A stretch of DNA of 64,000 nt, from assembly GCA_046758365.1 (NCBI GenBank), contig JBHIAC010000004.1:3211-67210 (forward strand). The letters run 5' to 3'. The DNA comes from a bacterium (GTDB lineage Bacteria; Zhuqueibacterota; Zhuqueibacteria; Oceanimicrobiales; Oceanimicrobiaceae). Both the position numbers and the translations under genes were made by a program. Positions 62,778 to 64,000 of this stretch are shown here, in pieces; positions within the stretch are counted from its first letter, which is position 1, and every line of letters starts with the position of its first letter. A model generated the notes under the pieces. That model had not been told where the DNA came from. It worked only from the letters and a program-made list of their open reading frames with translations, and did not search any database.

Positions 62778-63767
62778 TTAATTGCTTTCAGTTCCTGATA
62801 AATTATGACAAATAGCCCCCGAAATATAACAGGTATAACATGCCTGATGTTTCAAGGGATATGGGGTAAAAGACTCTTCTAATGAGTCTCCCACTTTGGC
62901 TTCTGGGTAATCAATTAATATTGGGCAGACATACACACCTTTATCCGTTACCATACGGCTATGAGTGCACTGAAGCTGGTTGTCGTCGTACTCTGTCATC
63001 ATTTCTTTGGTAACATATTCATATTTGTCGTAGCCCCGACTGCGGACTTTCTCTCGCCCAATACGAAGTGGAGGAATGATTTTAATTCTTGGTCGGGTGT
63101 ACCCCCTATTAATCAACATATTTCGAAATCCATTAAACACCTTTTCTGTTTCGGAATCATCCCAGGTTTGCGCCGTGGTAATAATCGGTAAAAAACCATA
63201 ATCTATCAAATTCTTGACACCCTTCATAGCCTTTCTGAAGCTCCCTACGCCACGTATTTTATCGTTGCTTTCTTCGGTAAAACCATCGATACTTACCCGG
63301 ATTTCTAAAGTGTAAATGGATTGGTCCACGATATCTTTAAGTCGTTTAGCCACGCGCTCAAGAATCATTATTCCGTTAGTAAGAACAGTAGCCGGACCTA
63401 ATTCCAGAGTATCTTCTAAAATAACCAGCAAGTCTTTGTTCATAAACGGTTCGCCGCCAGTAAAGTAGTATTCTTTCACTCCCAATTTTTTGGATTCCTC
63501 CAGGTATTTGCCTACCGTTGCGCGGTCCATAAATCCAAATTTGTGATTTTGCGGACTGCAACTAATGAAGCAGTGGGTACACCACAAATTGCAAATGGTT
63601 CCGCCGACTTGAAACCAGAGCGCATCCAAACTGTGCAGAGGGACACATGGTACCCGGCTCGCTGATGGTTTTGTGGAAATTTGAATTAAGGATTTTTGGT
63701 CTTCGAAATTGTCAGATTCTTTTACATTTAGAGTTGTCTCGTGCGCTTTTAGGTTTTCTATAATCAA
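62778..63767 (-). CDS. radical SAM enzyme with a C-terminal Cys-rich (SPASM/twitch-like) region
   Basis: CNLWCTHC (CX3CX2C), the GGEPF SAM motif, and C-terminal Cys at CTHS, VCPI and ACYTCYISGAIC. Confidence 0.85.
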   Translation of the reverse strand: MIIENLKAHETTLNVKESDNFEDQKSLIQISTKPSASRVPCVPLHSLDALWFQVGGTICNLWCTHCFISCSPQNHKFGFMDRATVGKYLEESKKLGVKEYYFTGGEPFMNKDLLVILEDTLELGPATVLTNGIMILERVAKRLKDIVDQSIYTLEIRVSIDGFTEESNDKIRGVGSFRKAMKGVKNLIDYGFLPIITTAQTWDDSETEKVFNGFRNMLINRGYTRPRIKIIPPLRIGREKVRSRGYDKYEYVTKEMMTEYDDNQLQCTHSRMVTDKGVYVCPILIDYPEAKVGDSLEESFTPYPLKHQACYTCYISGAICHNLSGTESN

Positions 63768-63785
63768 AAGTTCTCACCCTCTATT

Positions 63786-64000
63786 TTATGCAAGTTCGTA
63801 AAGATTGAGTTTTTCATCACCCGTAATCAGTGTAAAAACTTCCTGAATTTGACTCAAACCAATGCGAATTAAAAAAGTAGAATTACGGCCATAGCTTTTG
63901 TTTCCAATGATGTAAAAATTGGGCTCAGGATTTTTCAGTGTCGCAGCACCATGGCTGGTTTGAGCCAAACAATCGGTAGCAGAGGCTCCCAAAAGTACGG
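63786..64000 (-). CDS. C-terminal part of a probable FAD/NAD(P)-binding oxidoreductase (continues past the window end)
   Basis: The frame stays open to nt 64000. The function call for ...GAATLKNPEPNFYIIGNKSYGRNSTFLIRIGLSQIQEVF... is weak and based on recollection of flavoprotein C-termini. Confidence 0.4.
   Translation of the reverse strand, partial: VLLGASATDCLAQTSHGAATLKNPEPNFYIIGNKSYGRNSTFLIRIGLSQIQEVFTLITGDEKLNLYELA

Overview
Low-GC chromosomal segment (hand counts on sampled 60-nt lines give roughly 28-40% GC). It looks like an FCB-superphylum-type bacterium, judged from a T9SS sorting tail, Omp85/LptD-like outer-membrane genes, clear Shine-Dalgarno sites and many TTG starts. Most of the window is core housekeeping. 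From 0.85 to 15.0 kb there is a minus-strand block: vWA membrane protein, tsaD, two Omp85-like OMPs, thiC behind a TPP riboswitch, an RsbW-like kinase, an OMP, DUF502, an FtsB-like gene and a GltP-type symporter. From 15.2 to 57.3 kb, 37 consecutive plus-strand CDS follow: pyrF-pyrE-thrB, rarA, ROK glucokinase, LptD-like, parA-parB, M23 peptidase, bactofilin, a complete F1Fo atpZIBEFHAGDC operon, an 11-kb TPR/ExbB/ExbD/ExbD/TonB-TolA-like operon, aspS, LysM proteins, phoH-pgpH-ybeY-corC, a membrane protein, a GalT-like gene and glyQS. The last ~6 kb (58.6-64 kb) is a higher-GC accessory stretch on the minus strand. It holds a nucleotidyltransferase/small-ORF toxin-antitoxin-like pair and a flavoprotein, radical-SAM, ArsM and metallophosphoesterase cluster. 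The leads most worth follow-up are: (1) a gene-free AT-rich tract with two perfect DnaA boxes about 2 kb from the gene-orientation switch, a candidate oriC; (2) the radical-SAM/ArsM cluster as a possible organoarsenical pathway; (3) the giant-TPR Tol/Agl-like operon; (4) a ~150-bp structured repeat with terminal inverted repeats present twice, and a second palindromic repeat family. No tRNA, rRNA, CRISPR array, transposase or integrase was recognised. Coordinates of non-ORF features were counted by hand and may be off by 1-2 nt. All homology calls rest on motif recognition, not searches.
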